Source: Lama glama (lineage: Eukaryota). From it: 64,000 bases of DNA. The stretch spans positions 53,632,001-53,696,000 of the forward strand of contig CM052816.1 of the NCBI GenBank assembly GCA_028534125.1, read 5' to 3'. Made by a program: the position numbers and the translations under genes. The stretch's first letter is position 1. Each line of letters opens with the position of its first letter. This document shows, in pieces, positions 1-12,753 of this stretch. The notes beneath the pieces are model-generated. The model did not search any database and was not told where the DNA came from. It worked only from the letters and a program-made list of their open reading frames with translations.

Positions 1-1492
1 TGAAATCTGATAATCAAAATATTAAAAGATTTTAAATAAACTAGTTTAGTTTAGTTGTGAAAGTTTAGTTGTGAAAGTACAAAATAATTCCAATATAAGG
101 TACTTCTTTTTCCATTTTTGTTGAGTAATGATAAATAGCACAAATTTCAATAGTTTGGGTGGGAAAAATATTCCAGGCTAACTCCAGCCGAAAGCTCTAT
201 AATATTCAGTCACGGAAGATCAAAATGAGCAACAGTCTAATGAAGACTCAAATGTGACATCAAACATGAGCACCCTCTGGCATACTGAACACAAAGCATG
301 GACTTGTGAATTGCACACAGTTTTTAACGTGGTTTTTCCACCATTTATTGCTACTTTTACCACTTCGTTATATAGAGAACTATCCTCAAAACTGCGCTCA
401 TATGTTCTCAAAGCTATTCTGAAACTGTAGTAAAAATGGTTTGCTATTAAACGTCTGAAATTTTATTTTCTAAAAGTATTTTTTTTCACTTAATTAGTTT
501 AACCAATGCAGCTAATTGCCACTTGGATGTCATTATAATCTTAGTAATGATTGCCCTGAAGTTTTCCTCTCAGGGACACAGCTTCTGCTGTTTTCATGAT
601 TCACATCCTAATATCCCTTGAGCTAAATTAACCAGTGATTTACATCTGGAAATCCTATGTTCTCTGTGACAAATGATAGTTCCTTAACTGCTAACCTCGA
701 AGAAACCACCTCAGAAAGATCTCTCTTTGCTGCTACGCTCTCTCTGTTACTCCCTGCTTCTGTAAAAGCTCTTCTCACCCTAATTAGGTAAGTTTATTTA
801 GTATGCTGCCAAGTGAAAAAACTGGCACAGAATTTGCACGTTAGGATAGGGGAAAACACAGAATTCCACCTCTCATAATTGTGAAAACCTTATGGTGCGG
901 GAAGGTGAAATATTAAGGTTTGGTGTTGTGGTCAAGATAAGTCAGCATATTTGGGTTGTTGCATCTGTGAGTCTAGGTTTGGGCTTGCCTCTCTCATTGG
1001 CACTTTATTTGGGAGTATTCAGGCAATGCAAAGGCTGGGTTCAAGTGATATCTGTGTTCACGTGTGAACTATTTCTACTTGAAAAATTTGTTCACTGATT
1101 TTGTAGTTAGTTTTTTGGTGGAGTTTGTTTTGTTTTGTTTTGTTTGTTTGTTTAGGAGTGACTGTTGGGAAATTTTCGTCTAGGGTCAGTTTCAGGATAG
1201 ACATGGGGTGGAGTGGGGTGAGAGTAGCCGGTCAGCTTAAGAGGCAGTTCCAAGGGGGCTCAGGACCCAACTATATTGCAGGAGATTACAAATACTGTGT
1301 AAAGATTTTTATCTGGTTGGCCTTTTGGGGAAAGAGGAGGCTGGAAAATTGTTTTCACTCCAAGCTGGAGAAACCAGCTCTTGGCAACACCGAGCAGTTC
1401 AAATCCTCTTTCTCAATAAGGTCTATTCTAATTATAGCCTGTCTTCACTTCTCTGATGCACAGCAGTCTTGTCCGATGCAACTTTCTACCAT

Positions 1493-1652
1493 CAGGAGTT
1501 GCTACATAATTTGCCGAGCCCAGTACAAATGAAAATGTTGGGCCTTTTGTTTAAAAATTATTGAGAGGTCCAAGACAGCAACAGCAAAACATTAAACCAA
1601 ACATGGAACCTTCTAAGCTTGGGGCCCTGTGCACGCCCATGAAGCTGGTCCC
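1493..1652 (-). mobile_element. hAT MITE, MER45-like
   Basis: The end GGGGCCCTGTGCACGCCCATGAAGCTGGTCC is the reverse complement of the MER45 5' terminus as I recall it. Confidence 0.6.
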
Positions 1653-1664
1653 ATCTGTAATGAT

Positions 1665-1832
1665 CAAACCGTTTTATGTACACCATTGAACATAGTAGCC
1701 ATAAGCCACACATGGCCTTTGTATACTAATGTAATACGGCTAATGCAATTATGGAACTGAATTTTTAAAATGTAATTCTTTTTAGTTTAAATAACCACAT
1801 GTGGCTCATGGCTGCCGTATTTGACAGTGCAG
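1665..1832. mobile_element. hAT-Charlie MITE, MER3/MER33-like
   Basis: GTAGCCATAAGCCACACATGGC ... CCACATGTGGCTCATGGCTGCCGTATTTGACAGTGCAG motifs. Confidence 0.6.
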
Positions 1833-1879
1833 TGCCTAATAAATTATTTTTCATAAATTATTTACTCTCACTATCATTC

Positions 1880-2030
1880 AAGTTTTGTCATCTGTAAAAT
1901 GGGTATAATAATATTACCTACCTCCCAGGGTTTTTTTTTTTTTAAAAGAATTTAATGAATTAACTTATCTAGAGCTCTTACAACAGTGCCTGGTATAAAA
2001 TAATCGTTAGCTTTAGAAATACTTATTATT
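1880..2030 (+). mobile_element. MIR fragment
   Basis: Core TCATCTGTAAAATGGGTATAATAATA...CCTACCTCCCAGGG. Confidence 0.7.
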
Positions 2031-2308
2031 ATTAATATAACCCCTGATATGTTTTCTAAAGTATTTGCTTACCTGGAGTAAATCCAGCAAATCATAGTCA
2101 TCCTGTTACCCCTGTCTAAGACTGGTTCAGCCCTGGGCATTATCTGAGGTCTGCTGAGGGTTTGGGGAAAGGTTTTGAGAATCTCAGTAATTGTAAATAA
2201 GTAAAATGATATAGAACTGGATAAAGTAAGAAGTAAAAGCACTTGGAAACTAACACCACCTCACTCCTTCAAAACATACCATTAATACTTTACCTTTTAT
2301 TATATGTA

Positions 2309-2638
2309 AGGGTGCTGGATAAAATACAGAATGCCCGTTAAATTTGAATTTTGGAAAAGCAATGAATAATCTTTTAGCATAAATATGTCCCAAATATCAC
2401 ATGGGATATACTAAAAGTTGTTTATCAATGATCTGAAATTCAATTTTAATCCCATGTCTGTATTAAACATTTTTTTTATTTTGGTTTTTTTATGTTTATT
2501 TATTTATTATTTTTTGTATTTGATGGAGGTACTGGGGATGGAACCCATGACCTCATGAATGTTAAGCATGCGCCCTACCACTGAGCTATACCCTAACCCC
2601 TTTTGTCTGTATTTTTATTTACTAAATTCAGCAAACTT
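2309..2638. mobile_element. MER53 palindromic hAT MITE interrupted by a SINE
   Basis: Self-complementary arms (AAAATACAG..TTAAATTTGAATTT / TCTGAAATTCAA..CTGTATTTTTATTTACTAAAT) around the centre ATGTCCCAAATATCACATGGGATAT. Confidence 0.8.
2465..2603 (-). mobile_element. tRNA-derived SINE (camelid Vic-1-like), copy 1
   Basis: The minus strand reads GGGTATAGCTCAGTGGTAG...GGTTCCATCCCCAGTACCTCC plus an A-rich tail; TSD TGTCTGTATT at 2455-2464 and 2604-2613. Confidence 0.85.
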
Positions 2639-2879
2639 ACATATATGGCTTCCTAAACTAACTATATTGTCATTTCTCTGAATTCAGCCATACTGGGTTA
2701 ATTTATAATCCATGGAAGATTTGACAGGAAAATTACTTTTTCCACTCTCCCTTATGGCTGTTGTACCAAGAACAGGGAGTTGGAGTTCACGCAAGGCACA
2801 CCACCTCTATGAGCCTCAGGCAGTTTGCTTCTAAAGCTGTTGTTGGATCAGATTGTCCTGAAGTTTAAAACAGGGTAGA

Positions 2880-3125
2880 GTTAGAGCAGGGGCAATGGAA
2901 TCAGACTTTCCAGGTTGGAACCCTAATGGTTACCAGCTGGGTGTGCTTTTTAGCAAGCACTTAACTCCCAGGTGCTTTGGTTTCTCCATCTGTAAGAAAG
3001 GGAATCATTAAAATCCATGCCTCCTAGGCTGCTGTGAAAGTTAAACGAGTTAACATAAAGTTCTTAGAACTTTAAGCCTGATACATAGTAATTGCTCCAT
3101 AAATATTAGCTCTCACTATTATTCT
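2880..3125 (+). mobile_element. MIR
   Basis: Degenerate near full-length MIR (GGAATCAGACT...GTTTCTCCATCTGTAAG...AATATTAGCT). Confidence 0.7.
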
Positions 3126-4049
3126 AGCTGAGGCTTTCACTGTTTCTGCAATCTTGAACAATTTTCCCTAAACTCAGAGATTTAGGACGTCAGATCTGGG
3201 TAGGGAAAAATGCAATTAAGAGGAATATTGGGTATGAAAACACAACTAAACTTTTAAATTACACATCTGTTTAGAAATGAGTTTAATTATTGAAGAGGCT
3301 ACATTAAAATATTTGTTTTGAAACTGTAGAGTCTAAAGTATGGCTACTGAAAATTGAAATAGTTCTACATTATTGGTAAGCAGGCTTGCAATTTGTCTCA
3401 GCACGGGAATTCTCATCAGAACTTGTTTTTCCACCCAGAAAATGGGCACATTTTGTAACTCAAGTTATTAAAGAGGAGGCTTAATCTTCAGTGATGGAAG
3501 GAACTATGCAAGTAAATGAATTTAAGGAATGAACAGTGTTTATATGTCTATTTTTCTACCTAGAACGAGAGAGCTACAATTCATTTGTTTAAATCAGGAA
3601 AAATCAGATGTCAGGATTCAGAAATTTTTGTGTAATCAGTAATTTGGAAAGGCTGCAGCCTTTTGTTTGGTTTTCAAAAGCTCAGATTCCAAGGTTAAAA
3701 ATTCAGCTTTTATTTTCCTTTTATGGCAGTTGGTTCATTTTCTGCAGAGGTTCAGTTTGTTGCCAGAGAGTCATCTCTAATTTGAATAATTACATACTGA
3801 ACTGTAGGATGAAACTGAAATTGGGGTTGATTGAGAGGGTTGGAAACAGCAAACTCTTTCCTGCCATAAGAATTACAAATTCCTACATAGCAAAGCATGG
3901 CAGTACAAGCAAGCATTTTCAATGAGTTTGACTTCTTTTGTAGGAAACAGCAAAAAAGAAAGAAAGAAAAAAAAAAAGCTCCAACAGTAACTCAACTTCA
4001 TGGGTAGCAGCAAATTAAAACTACACCAAAATACCATTTTAAAAAATCT

Positions 4050-5230
4050 ATCAGAGCGATAAAACTCTAAAATTTTGACAACACATTCTGTTGGCAAGGC
4101 TATGGGGAAATAAGCCCTCTTGTACATATCGATGGGAGAATAAACTGGCGTACACACACCTGGAGAAAAATTCAGCAAACATTATGAAAATTACAAATAA
4201 AAAGTACATATGGCCTTTGACTCACTAATTCTTCTGGGATTTTATCCTGTAAAATTACTTACCCTCATATAAAATGATATGTAAAAAGTTATTTTTAAAA
4301 TTGACATAATTTACATGCCCTAAAATTCACTATTTTAAAGCATATAATTCAGTGATTTCTAGTATAGTCACAAGTTTATACAATCATCACCACTGTCTAA
4401 TTCCAGAACATTGTCATCACTTCTAAAATAGCGCTGCACCCATTAGCTGTCACTTTCTGTCCCCCCACCCCCTGCCGCTGCAAACCCCAGCAATCACTAA
4501 TCTACTTTGTCTCTATGGGTTTGCCTGTTCTACACATTTCATAGAAATAGAATCATACAACATATGTCCTTTTATACTGGCTTCTTTTACTTAGCATAAT
4601 GTTTTCAAGATTCATCCATGTTGCAGTATTCCTTTTATGGCTAAATAACATTCCATTGTATGGATAGACCACATTTTGTTTATTTATTCATCAGCTGATG
4701 GATGTTCGGGTTGTTTCCACCTTTTGACTGTTATGAATAATGCAGCTGTGAATATTTGTGTACAAGTGTTCGTGTGAATGTGTTGTCTTGCATATATGCC
4801 TATGCTAGATCATATGTCAACTCTATGTTTAACTGAAAGGTTACTGCTTGCAGCATTCTTTGAAACAGCAAAAACATGTTAGAACAACCAGTATGTTCAT
4901 CGATAGAAGACTGGTTGAATAAACCGTCACACCCATACAATGGAATGCTGTGTAACTTTAAAAACAGGAGAACAATCTCTATGCACTAATGAAGAAAGAT
5001 TTTGAAGACATATTAACTTGGAAAAAAAAAAGGTGCAGCTCCTGCCCTAGCTTAGCTTTGGTATAAGACAAATATGAAGGAACTTTGAAATGTTGCACAA
5101 AAAACAGAGAATTAAGGGACAAAAGGGCAGAGAATGAGTGCATTACTTCTAAGTTATATCTTTTAATATTGTCTTGATTTTTAAACCAGGAAAATGTATT
5201 ATCTATTCAAAATAAAATTTAAAAAATTTT
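4050..5230. mobile_element. Old L1M 3' region (+) with a nested opposite-strand L1M 3' end (~4295-4835)
   Basis: Plus-strand L1 3' motifs (CATACAATGGAATGCT) flank minus-strand motifs (TTAGCATAATGTTTTCAAGATTCATCCATGTTG). Confidence 0.7.
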
Positions 5231-5438
5231 TGTAGAACGTGCAGTGATGAGAGTCACCATTTGGGGTGGCTCCAAGTGACCAATCTGGGAGTACCCCACA
5301 CTAAGGGGGCACTATTTTAAGGAAGCAACTAAATAATATTTTATAGATATCAATATAGTTTATACATAATCAAACTGAAAGTTATTTAACCAAAGGCTAA
5401 ATCCATAAGAAAAATATGCAGCACAAAAGTGTTAATAG

Positions 5439-5616
5439 CAGTTTCTAACAAAGTTTTGGAATATGGAGACTCAACATTAGAATGTCTGGGCATGCTTGCT
5501 AAAAGCAGAGACCTTTCAGACCAACTGAGTCAGACTCTCTAGATCTTGGGCCCAGGATCCTGCATTTTAAAGTTTATTAGGTTATTCTTTTGCACACAAA
5601 AATTAGAGAACCTTTG
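5439..5616. mobile_element. MER5-type hAT-Charlie MITE
   Basis: ACTGAGTCAGACTCTCTAG...GGCCCAGGATCCTGCATTTTAA...TTAGAGAACC. Confidence 0.65.
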
Positions 5617-6654
5617 GCCTAATTACATTCTCTTGACTTTAATCATAAAATAACATTAACAAATCCAAAACTAGGTGAAACCACAGAATGTAAAATCTGA
5701 AAGTGCCATTAGAAATCAGGTAGGTTGAAGCTTCCATTTTACAAATAAGATCAAGTGACTCGCACTGGTTTATAAATGTTGAATTAGGAGAGCTGGAATC
5801 ACTGAAGATTTTCTCTGCTTGGCAATGTCTTTTGGCAAAGCAAGAATCATGATATAAACCATGGCTATGTCCAGCCCTGTCATCTTATTGGTGAGGAGAC
5901 AAAGGCCCAGGAAAGTGAGGTGACCACTTTAGGACTTGAAAGCAGAACTTTGACTTTGTTCCTTGTGGTCTCTTGACAATATCATGCCAACTGTATATGT
6001 TTACCACCATGAGTATTTCCCAAAATATCACTCTTGTACTGCAGACTTGATTGGTCCTCACCCAATTTGGCTTACTAGGACAAACTTTCATAATGTCTCA
6101 CCTAATCTATCACTTTCCTGTACTATCAAATTGAATACTAGAAACTATCTGGTATTTATATATATATATATACACAAACACATATATTTTTTTTAGCATT
6201 AAACGGTAGCATATTTCCAAAATATTTACAACTGGCTATTTGTAAATATCTATAAGAGGCTTCCTCTTAATCTGAGCCCTGAACTGTGAAAGGAGACACA
6301 TGGAAGAATGAGGGTGGGAACCCAGCTTGTGAAGCTAAATCAACTACTGTGACTATCAGGGAAACACTTTCCGTACAAAAAAAAAAATCTGCATTGTATT
6401 ATCCTATGCTTCTATATGCTTGAAATTTTCCACAATAAAAAGCCTTTTAAAAGGAGCTAATTATTTGAAATTCACCATAGAAAAAAATGGTGGTTAGGGA
6501 AGGCTTCATAGACAAGTTGAAATTTAAGCTAAATTTTAAAGGAAGAAGATTAGAGAAAGGGCTCAAGAGAGTGTCAGGCAGGAGGAATTAAACTCAATTT
6601 CATGAAAAGATACTGAACATAATGTACTATGTCTGACACTGAGGAGTAAATTCA

Positions 6655-7077
6655 TCTGGCTTCAAGGAGGTGGAAGTTTATTTTTTGCTCATGTGAAAGA
6701 AGGCCAGGCATGGGCAGACCAGAATTGGCATGGCATCTCTATGATGTCTTTAGGGAACATGAGGATATGCTCTAACTAATCTCTGGCCTTGGCATTCATC
6801 CTCAAGGTGATGGTCAAGACTGATGCTAAAGGTCCAGGCATTACATTTACATTTCATGAAACAAGGGTGGGTTTGGTATGGAGATGTTCTACAAAACACT
6901 CCATTTACATATTATATATATTTATATACTACCTAGTCACATGCTCATCCTTACCTGCAAGGGAGGCTGAAAAACAGCCTCAGCTGAGCAATGTGCTTAG
7001 CTGAAATTCCGGGTTCTGTTACAATAAAGAAGAAGGAGAGAATGGCTATTTAGTAGGCGAGAATAGCTCCTGCCACA
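6655..7077 (-). mobile_element. Old MaLR LTR (MLT1J-like)
   Basis: AGTCACATG...CTGCAAGGGAGGCTG...GGGTTCTGTTAC...GAATGG...CTGCCACA pattern. Confidence 0.65.
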
Positions 7078-8472
7078 GCATGCTTTGTAGGGAGTACACC
7101 ATGCGAGGTAGTGCTGGATGGGTTAACAGAAGCCAGACTTTGAATCCAGGCCCTGCTGTTTATTAGTTATGTGACCTTGGAATCTCAAACTAAAACTCCC
7201 TGTGCATCAGATTGCTCATCTGTAAATGAAAAGCAGTTAAGGACAGAAAATAATGTTTATAAAGCATCTGGTACAAAACAAGTGCTCAATCAATCACTGT
7301 CATTTTACCTGTGATTTGTTAAGAGTTTTAGTGATTTTAAAAGAGATTTTTTCTGCCCTTAAAGACTTAGCAAGATGTTGTACCAGAGAAAGAAAAATAT
7401 GTCACCGATAAAAGCTGTTAAGATTATACATTCATTTTTTTCCAGTGTCATTAATATACAAGTAATACAATGGTCAGTAATATTATCTTCAAATATGAAA
7501 TAAAGTAGAACCTTATTACAGTATTTACTTTTTCTGCAATACCTTTGATACATAGTGTATAGAATTTAACAGGTGTTAAATCAAACTTCATTCCCTTTCA
7601 ATTCACCTGCCCAAATAAAGTAGAAATAGACATATTCCCCATGGGTTTAAGAGTGATATTTCCAAGGTTTGGTCTTTTGAAAAACCATAAAATAAGTCTT
7701 GAGGGATCACACCATTCTAGATTAACATAAATGTGGAAAAGGAGGGATTTTTAATTAATTCATTTTTTTTTGATGGAAGTAAGGGCAAATAGCAGAGTTA
7801 TCAATAATGTTAATTCAGCTTTTTCTATTAGGAAGTTTAAAAGGGAGGAGAAACTGAGATGTGTGAAAAATTCAGGTTGTAATGAGTTTTCACACTTGTC
7901 TCCACTCAGAGAGTTTACTAGGTAAATGCCCTGCATTTTCTATGATATTTTCACCTCTACTGCTCTCCTTTATAGATTTGCTTCATGTGAATTCATTTCT
8001 GAAAATGAAAGAGGACAGGATAAAAAGTGAATGTTAAAGCCATGACACAATTTTTGTATTTTCATTGGATTTAACTTATCATCAGCCAGATTTAATTTTC
8101 ACTTTGGTGATGGTGATGACTATCGTGGTTATTTTTATTAAAATAAGAATTACTCTTAGATTCCCCAAACTAGAGTAAACTCAAATATTATATGGTATAA
8201 CTGTCCTTCCAATGCTTGAAATCATCTTCATATGATTACTCCCTCCTGTCTCCCCACTCTCTGACCCCCAGCCCACGACCACATACTTTAAGTGCCAGGG
8301 CATTCACTCTTTGTCAAGACAAGCCATTCTTGCTATGACGACTAGAAAAGTCTGTATCTGTCTGATCCCTTTCACTCTCAAACTTCCACTCACTAGTCCT
8401 GATTCTCTCTACTGCAGCCATGCAGAGAAAGTAAAATCCTTTTTCTGCTTGGAAGTCTTTAAAAATTTTTTT

Positions 8473-8932
8473 ATACAATGGAATACTACTCAGCCATAAA
8501 AAATAATAAAATAATGCCATTTACAGCAACATGGATGGACCTGGAGAATGTCATTCTAAGTGAAGTAAGCCAGAAAGATAAAGAAAAATACCATATGATA
8601 TCACTCATATGTAGAATCTAAAAAAACAAAAAACAAAAAAACAAAATCAACTTATATATAAAACAGAAACAGACTCATGACATAGAAAACAAACTTATGG
8701 TTACCAGGGGGAAGTGGGTGGGAAGGGAGTTCGAGATTTGCAGATATTGACTGGTATATATAAAATAGATAAGCAAGTTTATACTGTACAGCACAAGGAG
8801 CTATATTCGATATCTTGTAGTAACTTATGGTGAAAAAGATTATGAAAACGTATGTATCCTCATGTATGACTGTACACCTGAAATTGACACAACATTGTAA
8901 ACTGACTATACTTTAATAGAAGAAAGACAGAC
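8473..8932 (+). mobile_element. 5'-truncated lineage-specific L1 (ORF2 end + 3'UTR)
   Basis: TACAATGGAATACTACTCAGCCATAAAA...GCAACATGGATGGACCTGGAG...ACATTGTAAACTGACTATACTT; possible TSD ATACAAT (8473-8479 / 8933-8939). Confidence 0.9.
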
Positions 8933-9104
8933 ATACAATTCTTACATCACCCAGTGTCTTATCTCCTGAAGACTAAACATACATAGTTCCTTTAACTGTT
9001 CCCCTAAGCTCTGCTTTTGAGCCCTTCACTTTTCAAGTGGCTCTTCTAAGGGGACTCTGGTTTGTCTGCCTAGACAAAATTGTTAGAGATCTCTGACCAT
9101 GTTT

Positions 9105-9592
9105 GTAGGGCCTCTTACCATACATAAAATGGGACCTAGGCGTAGAGATTTGAGGAAGACCTGGAGATGAGCCAGGCAGACCCCTCTTCAAGGAATGACT
9201 TGTTACCCCACTGCTCGCACTGCAGTCAACAAACAAGCTTGAGCATCAGCCCTTTGAGGGATCATCTCAGCTACAGCGAGCTACCATGCCCAGGTTCATG
9301 GACTTCCCAGGAAAACCTACATCTAGTGATTGACGAAGGTAGGGGTAGAGATACTTGGCCATTTCAGCCCAATGCAGTGGAACCTTTACACTTCATTTTT
9401 GCTCCCAAACTCTTGGTAGTGTCGGCTGAGCCTGTCATTAGTCCTGCAATATAACCTGACTTCTCCCTCTGCCTAATAAGGCTTTCCTTCCCTCCCTTCC
9501 TTAGAGGTGATAACAAGGGCACTCCCTAGTAAACAGTCCCCACAGGAAACTCCATTTTGGAGTGTGCTTGCCAAAGAACTCAACCTGCAACA
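9105..9592 (+). mobile_element. ERVL solo LTR (LTR16-like)
   Basis: 3' end ...GTGTGCTTGCCAAAGAACTCAACCTGCAACA, with upstream TTCTCCCTCTGCCTAAT motifs. Confidence 0.55.
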
Positions 9593-9809
9593 GGACCCCT
9601 AAGTGCTCCTCACTCACTCAGAGTAAAGCATCTAATCTCAACTCAGGTCTCAATACTGTCTAGCAAAGCTATTATTAGTTCTTCTTTAGGGCATTTATTT
9701 ATTTGTAAGCCAGGTTTTAATGACTTCTCTTTCTTCGTCTCTGAAAGAGTGGCCTCTGCTAATCTGCTAACGTATGAGACAGTCAGAACGTGAGGTCTTC
9801 CTAGCATAA

Positions 9810-10334
9810 GTCTGCTCTTTTCAGCATAGGTCTCTGTGTGGGATATCCTCCATCTGTCTCTCCAGAGCCATCCTCCACCATTCACCCTGCTCTCTGCCTG
9901 AGGAAGAGCATCTGTATGAGAACTGTATCACTGGACTCATGTGTCCTCTGGCTTCCTGATGAGTTTGGCCCATGAGGAGCCCCAGCAGGAGAAAGGAAGA
10001 AGAGGGGAAGTGAGATTCATCAAAGTGTTTATTCCCTTGACTCCCTCTCTAGGAATTTGCTTTGGACTGACTATTCGTTAGACTGGTTGTCACTGTTCAT
10101 CTCAAGTCCACACACATTTCTCTTCTTCTAGGTTCCAGTCATCTCTTCCTCCTCTCACCCCTTCGAGCCGAGAGGTAATCCAGACTCTGTTGCTGCTAGA
10201 ACTGGGGTTCCTGGACTGTATTTATGGTTCTCCTCTCCCCCAACCTCTTCTTTGCAAATAAATCTTCTTTGAATTGTTTTAGCTTAGCTCGAGAGCACAG
10301 CAGGAAAGATCCTGTTGGGACCCTGACTAATGCA
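9810..10334 (+). mobile_element. ERVL solo LTR (LTR33-like)
   Basis: CCTCTGGCTTCCTGATGAGTTTGGCCCATGAGGAGCCCCAGCAGGAG; AATAAA at ~10257; ends GGGACCCTGACTAATGCA. Confidence 0.65.
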
Positions 10335-11049
10335 ATCTTTTTGGACTTCTTAGATATTTACGTGGAACTGTCCCTACAGACTCACCCTTTTCCCTCCTGA
10401 TTGGCTGTGCTGATCTCTGCTTCTACACAGCCTCTTCACCAAGCCTCTCAATCTAGCTTGCCTCTCCCTCAGGAAAACTCTATCCCTTTCCAGAAGAGAA
10501 GGTTTTACTGCTTTGCTCCTTCTGTAGACCTGCAAATCACATGAGGACTTCAGGATGAACAGAGATCGAGAACTTGTACCGAGGCAATGGGAGGAGCTCA
10601 AAGGAGTGTTTCTGAATCCAAACCAAGCAAGAGGAAAATCAGCGAAAACTTCTTAGAATCAGTGCTGTCTAAGCTGAGTTTGTACAGATGAGTAGGCGAT
10701 AGCCAGAACTCAGACAGAGAGTAGAGAGAAGGGTATTCCCAAGAGAGGAAACAGCTTTCCCAACAGTCTATGCAAAAGGGGAATTCAGTGCTGGTGCCTG
10801 GAGTGCAGATTGACTGTCTTTACAGGCTGGGATGGGGAGGAATATCACAGGAGATGAGGTCCCTGTAATCTTAGTTTCACCCAGATCTAGCCCCTTGAAG
10901 ATCAATAGCTGATTGTTGTACTACTTATCCAGGAATATATGGCTGTGAATGATCTCCTTTTTCTGTTCACATTCACATGATCTGTATTTTTACTCATTTC
11001 CCCTTTCTTCCCTCTTTCTACTCCAAACTAGCATGTCTATCTTGATCTT

Positions 11050-11900
11050 AAGAAGGGTGGAAATAGGGAGGCCAGTTAGTGGACTATGCAGTAATCCAGA
11101 TCAGGAGTCAGCAAACTACAGTCTATGGGCCAAACAGGCCCACTGCCTGTTTTTGTAAATAAAGTTTTATTGGAACACAGCCACACCCATTCATTTGTTT
11201 TGTGGCTGCTTTCAGCCTACAGCAGCAGAGTGGAACGGTTGCAGAAGGAACTATAATACGACCTGCAAAGCCTGAAATATTTATTCTCTGGGTCTTTACA
11301 GCACAGTTTGCTGATCCCTGATCTAGATGGATAGCCCAGATGAAAGAGGTCCATGAACTGGATTTGAGTGGTAGTTGCAGAAGGATGAGGAGTAATCACA
11401 TTCTTAATATTTTATAAGTAGAACCTACAGGATTTGCCAATAGACTGGATATGAAATGAAAGAGAGGGGATAAGAATGACTGGGGAAGGCTGTAGGGAAA
11501 GTAGGTTGAGGTGGTAGATAAATAAAAGTTTAGTTTTGTACATGTTCAGACATAAGCTTTAGAAAATTTAGTGGCAATATCAAGTAAGCAGTTAGAGGTA
11601 TAAGAGTGGATTTCAGGGAAAAAGTGAGAACTAGAAATATAAATCTGAGAGTTGTCATTATACAGATTTTACTTAAAACAATGAGACAGAATGATACCAT
11701 TTATAATAGACTACAAAGACAAAAGAGGGCTAAAGACTGGGCCCTCGGGTACTTTCAGATGTTGGGGATATGAGGAGGAAATAGCAAAGGAGACAAAACA
11801 GTTGAGTTAGGTGAAAAACTAGAGCGAATGGTGACCCAAAAGCCACATGAAGAAAATGTGTCAGAGAGAAGACAGTGATGAACTCTCAAAGCTGATCTAA
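11050..11900 (+). mobile_element. L2 fragment (hosts MER58)
   Basis: Purine-rich L2 motifs GGGAGGCCAGTTAG..GCAGTAATCCAG, GTAGAACCTACAGGATTTGC, AAGCCACATGAAGAAAATG. Confidence 0.7.
11102..11320 (+). mobile_element. MER58A-like hAT-Charlie MITE
   Basis: TIRs CAGGAGTCAGCAAACT / AGTTTGCTGATCCCTG; 8-bp TSD ATCCAGAT / ATCTAGAT. Confidence 0.9.
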
Positions 11901-12308
11901 AGGCTTACAGGTGCAACCGGGTGGCATGGTCCACTCTCAGGAAGATGGACAAAGGGGAAAGAGTCACTCAGTCCCTGAAGTGATCTTGGGGCTATAGTCA
12001 GGCATCGCCAAGACCTTGGGTAATCAAAGTAGTTAAGAAGGGAGGAGGGAGGTCTGGGTGGGCACGTCCCCTTTTCTTGCAGAGAGTGGTACAACCAGAG
12101 GAAGACCAGAGTGGGGCCTTTCTTGCCCAAATCTAAGAGAAGGAACCATGCTTTATTTATGCTTATATGGGTTGTTGTAAATGATCGAGGCATGCAAAGA
12201 ACTTAGTGTTTGGCACAGGGTAATCAGTAAATATTTCCTGTTGCCATTATTATCTATAGTCATTGGGATCAGCTCAGTAACTATTATATAGGAGAAAAAC
12301 AATACATT

Positions 12309-12379
12309 TTATTTTACTTGTTTTTGCTTTTTCCAGATGGATTTTTTTTATTGAAGTATAGTCAGTTTACAATGTTGTG
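12309..12379 (-). mobile_element. Very short L1 3'-tail insertion
   Basis: TTTATTGAAGTATAGTCAGTTTACAATGTTGTG; TSD AATACATT at 12301-12308 and 12380-12387. Confidence 0.75.
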
Positions 12380-12597
12380 AATACATTAAATGATTTAAAA
12401 AATGAATATAGATTTATGATTTTCTCTGATCCTTTAGATGCTCAGTGAAATGAATTCAAATTCAAGATTTCAACTGGAAAAAAACATTATGCTATGTTTA
12501 AAAATCACTGTTGCAGTGTGTGTGCATGTGTGTATTTTATGCTAATGACCAACAGTTTGATTCTTTGATAGTTTCTCCAAGGAATCATAGAATTTTT

Positions 12598-12753
12598 AAA
12601 TATATATATATTTTTAGTGAAGTTTACAATGTTGTGTCAATTTCTTGTGTACATGAACATACATATATTTGTTTTCATATTCTTTTTCACAATAAGTTAC
12701 TACAAGATATTGAATATAGTTCCCTGTGTTATACAGTATGAACTTGTTTATCT
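12598..12753 (-). mobile_element. Short L1 3'UTR insertion
   Basis: Reverse complement of the same 3'UTR as at 8.8 kb; 18-bp TSD AGGAAT(C/T)ATAGAATTTTT at 12580-12597 and 12754-12771. Confidence 0.88.

Noticed and set aside
48..78. 14-bp tandem duplication (similar ones at ~28509-28543, ~36908-36944, ~40961-40985)
   Set aside because: Ordinary slippage duplications with two units and no spacers; not CRISPR-like.
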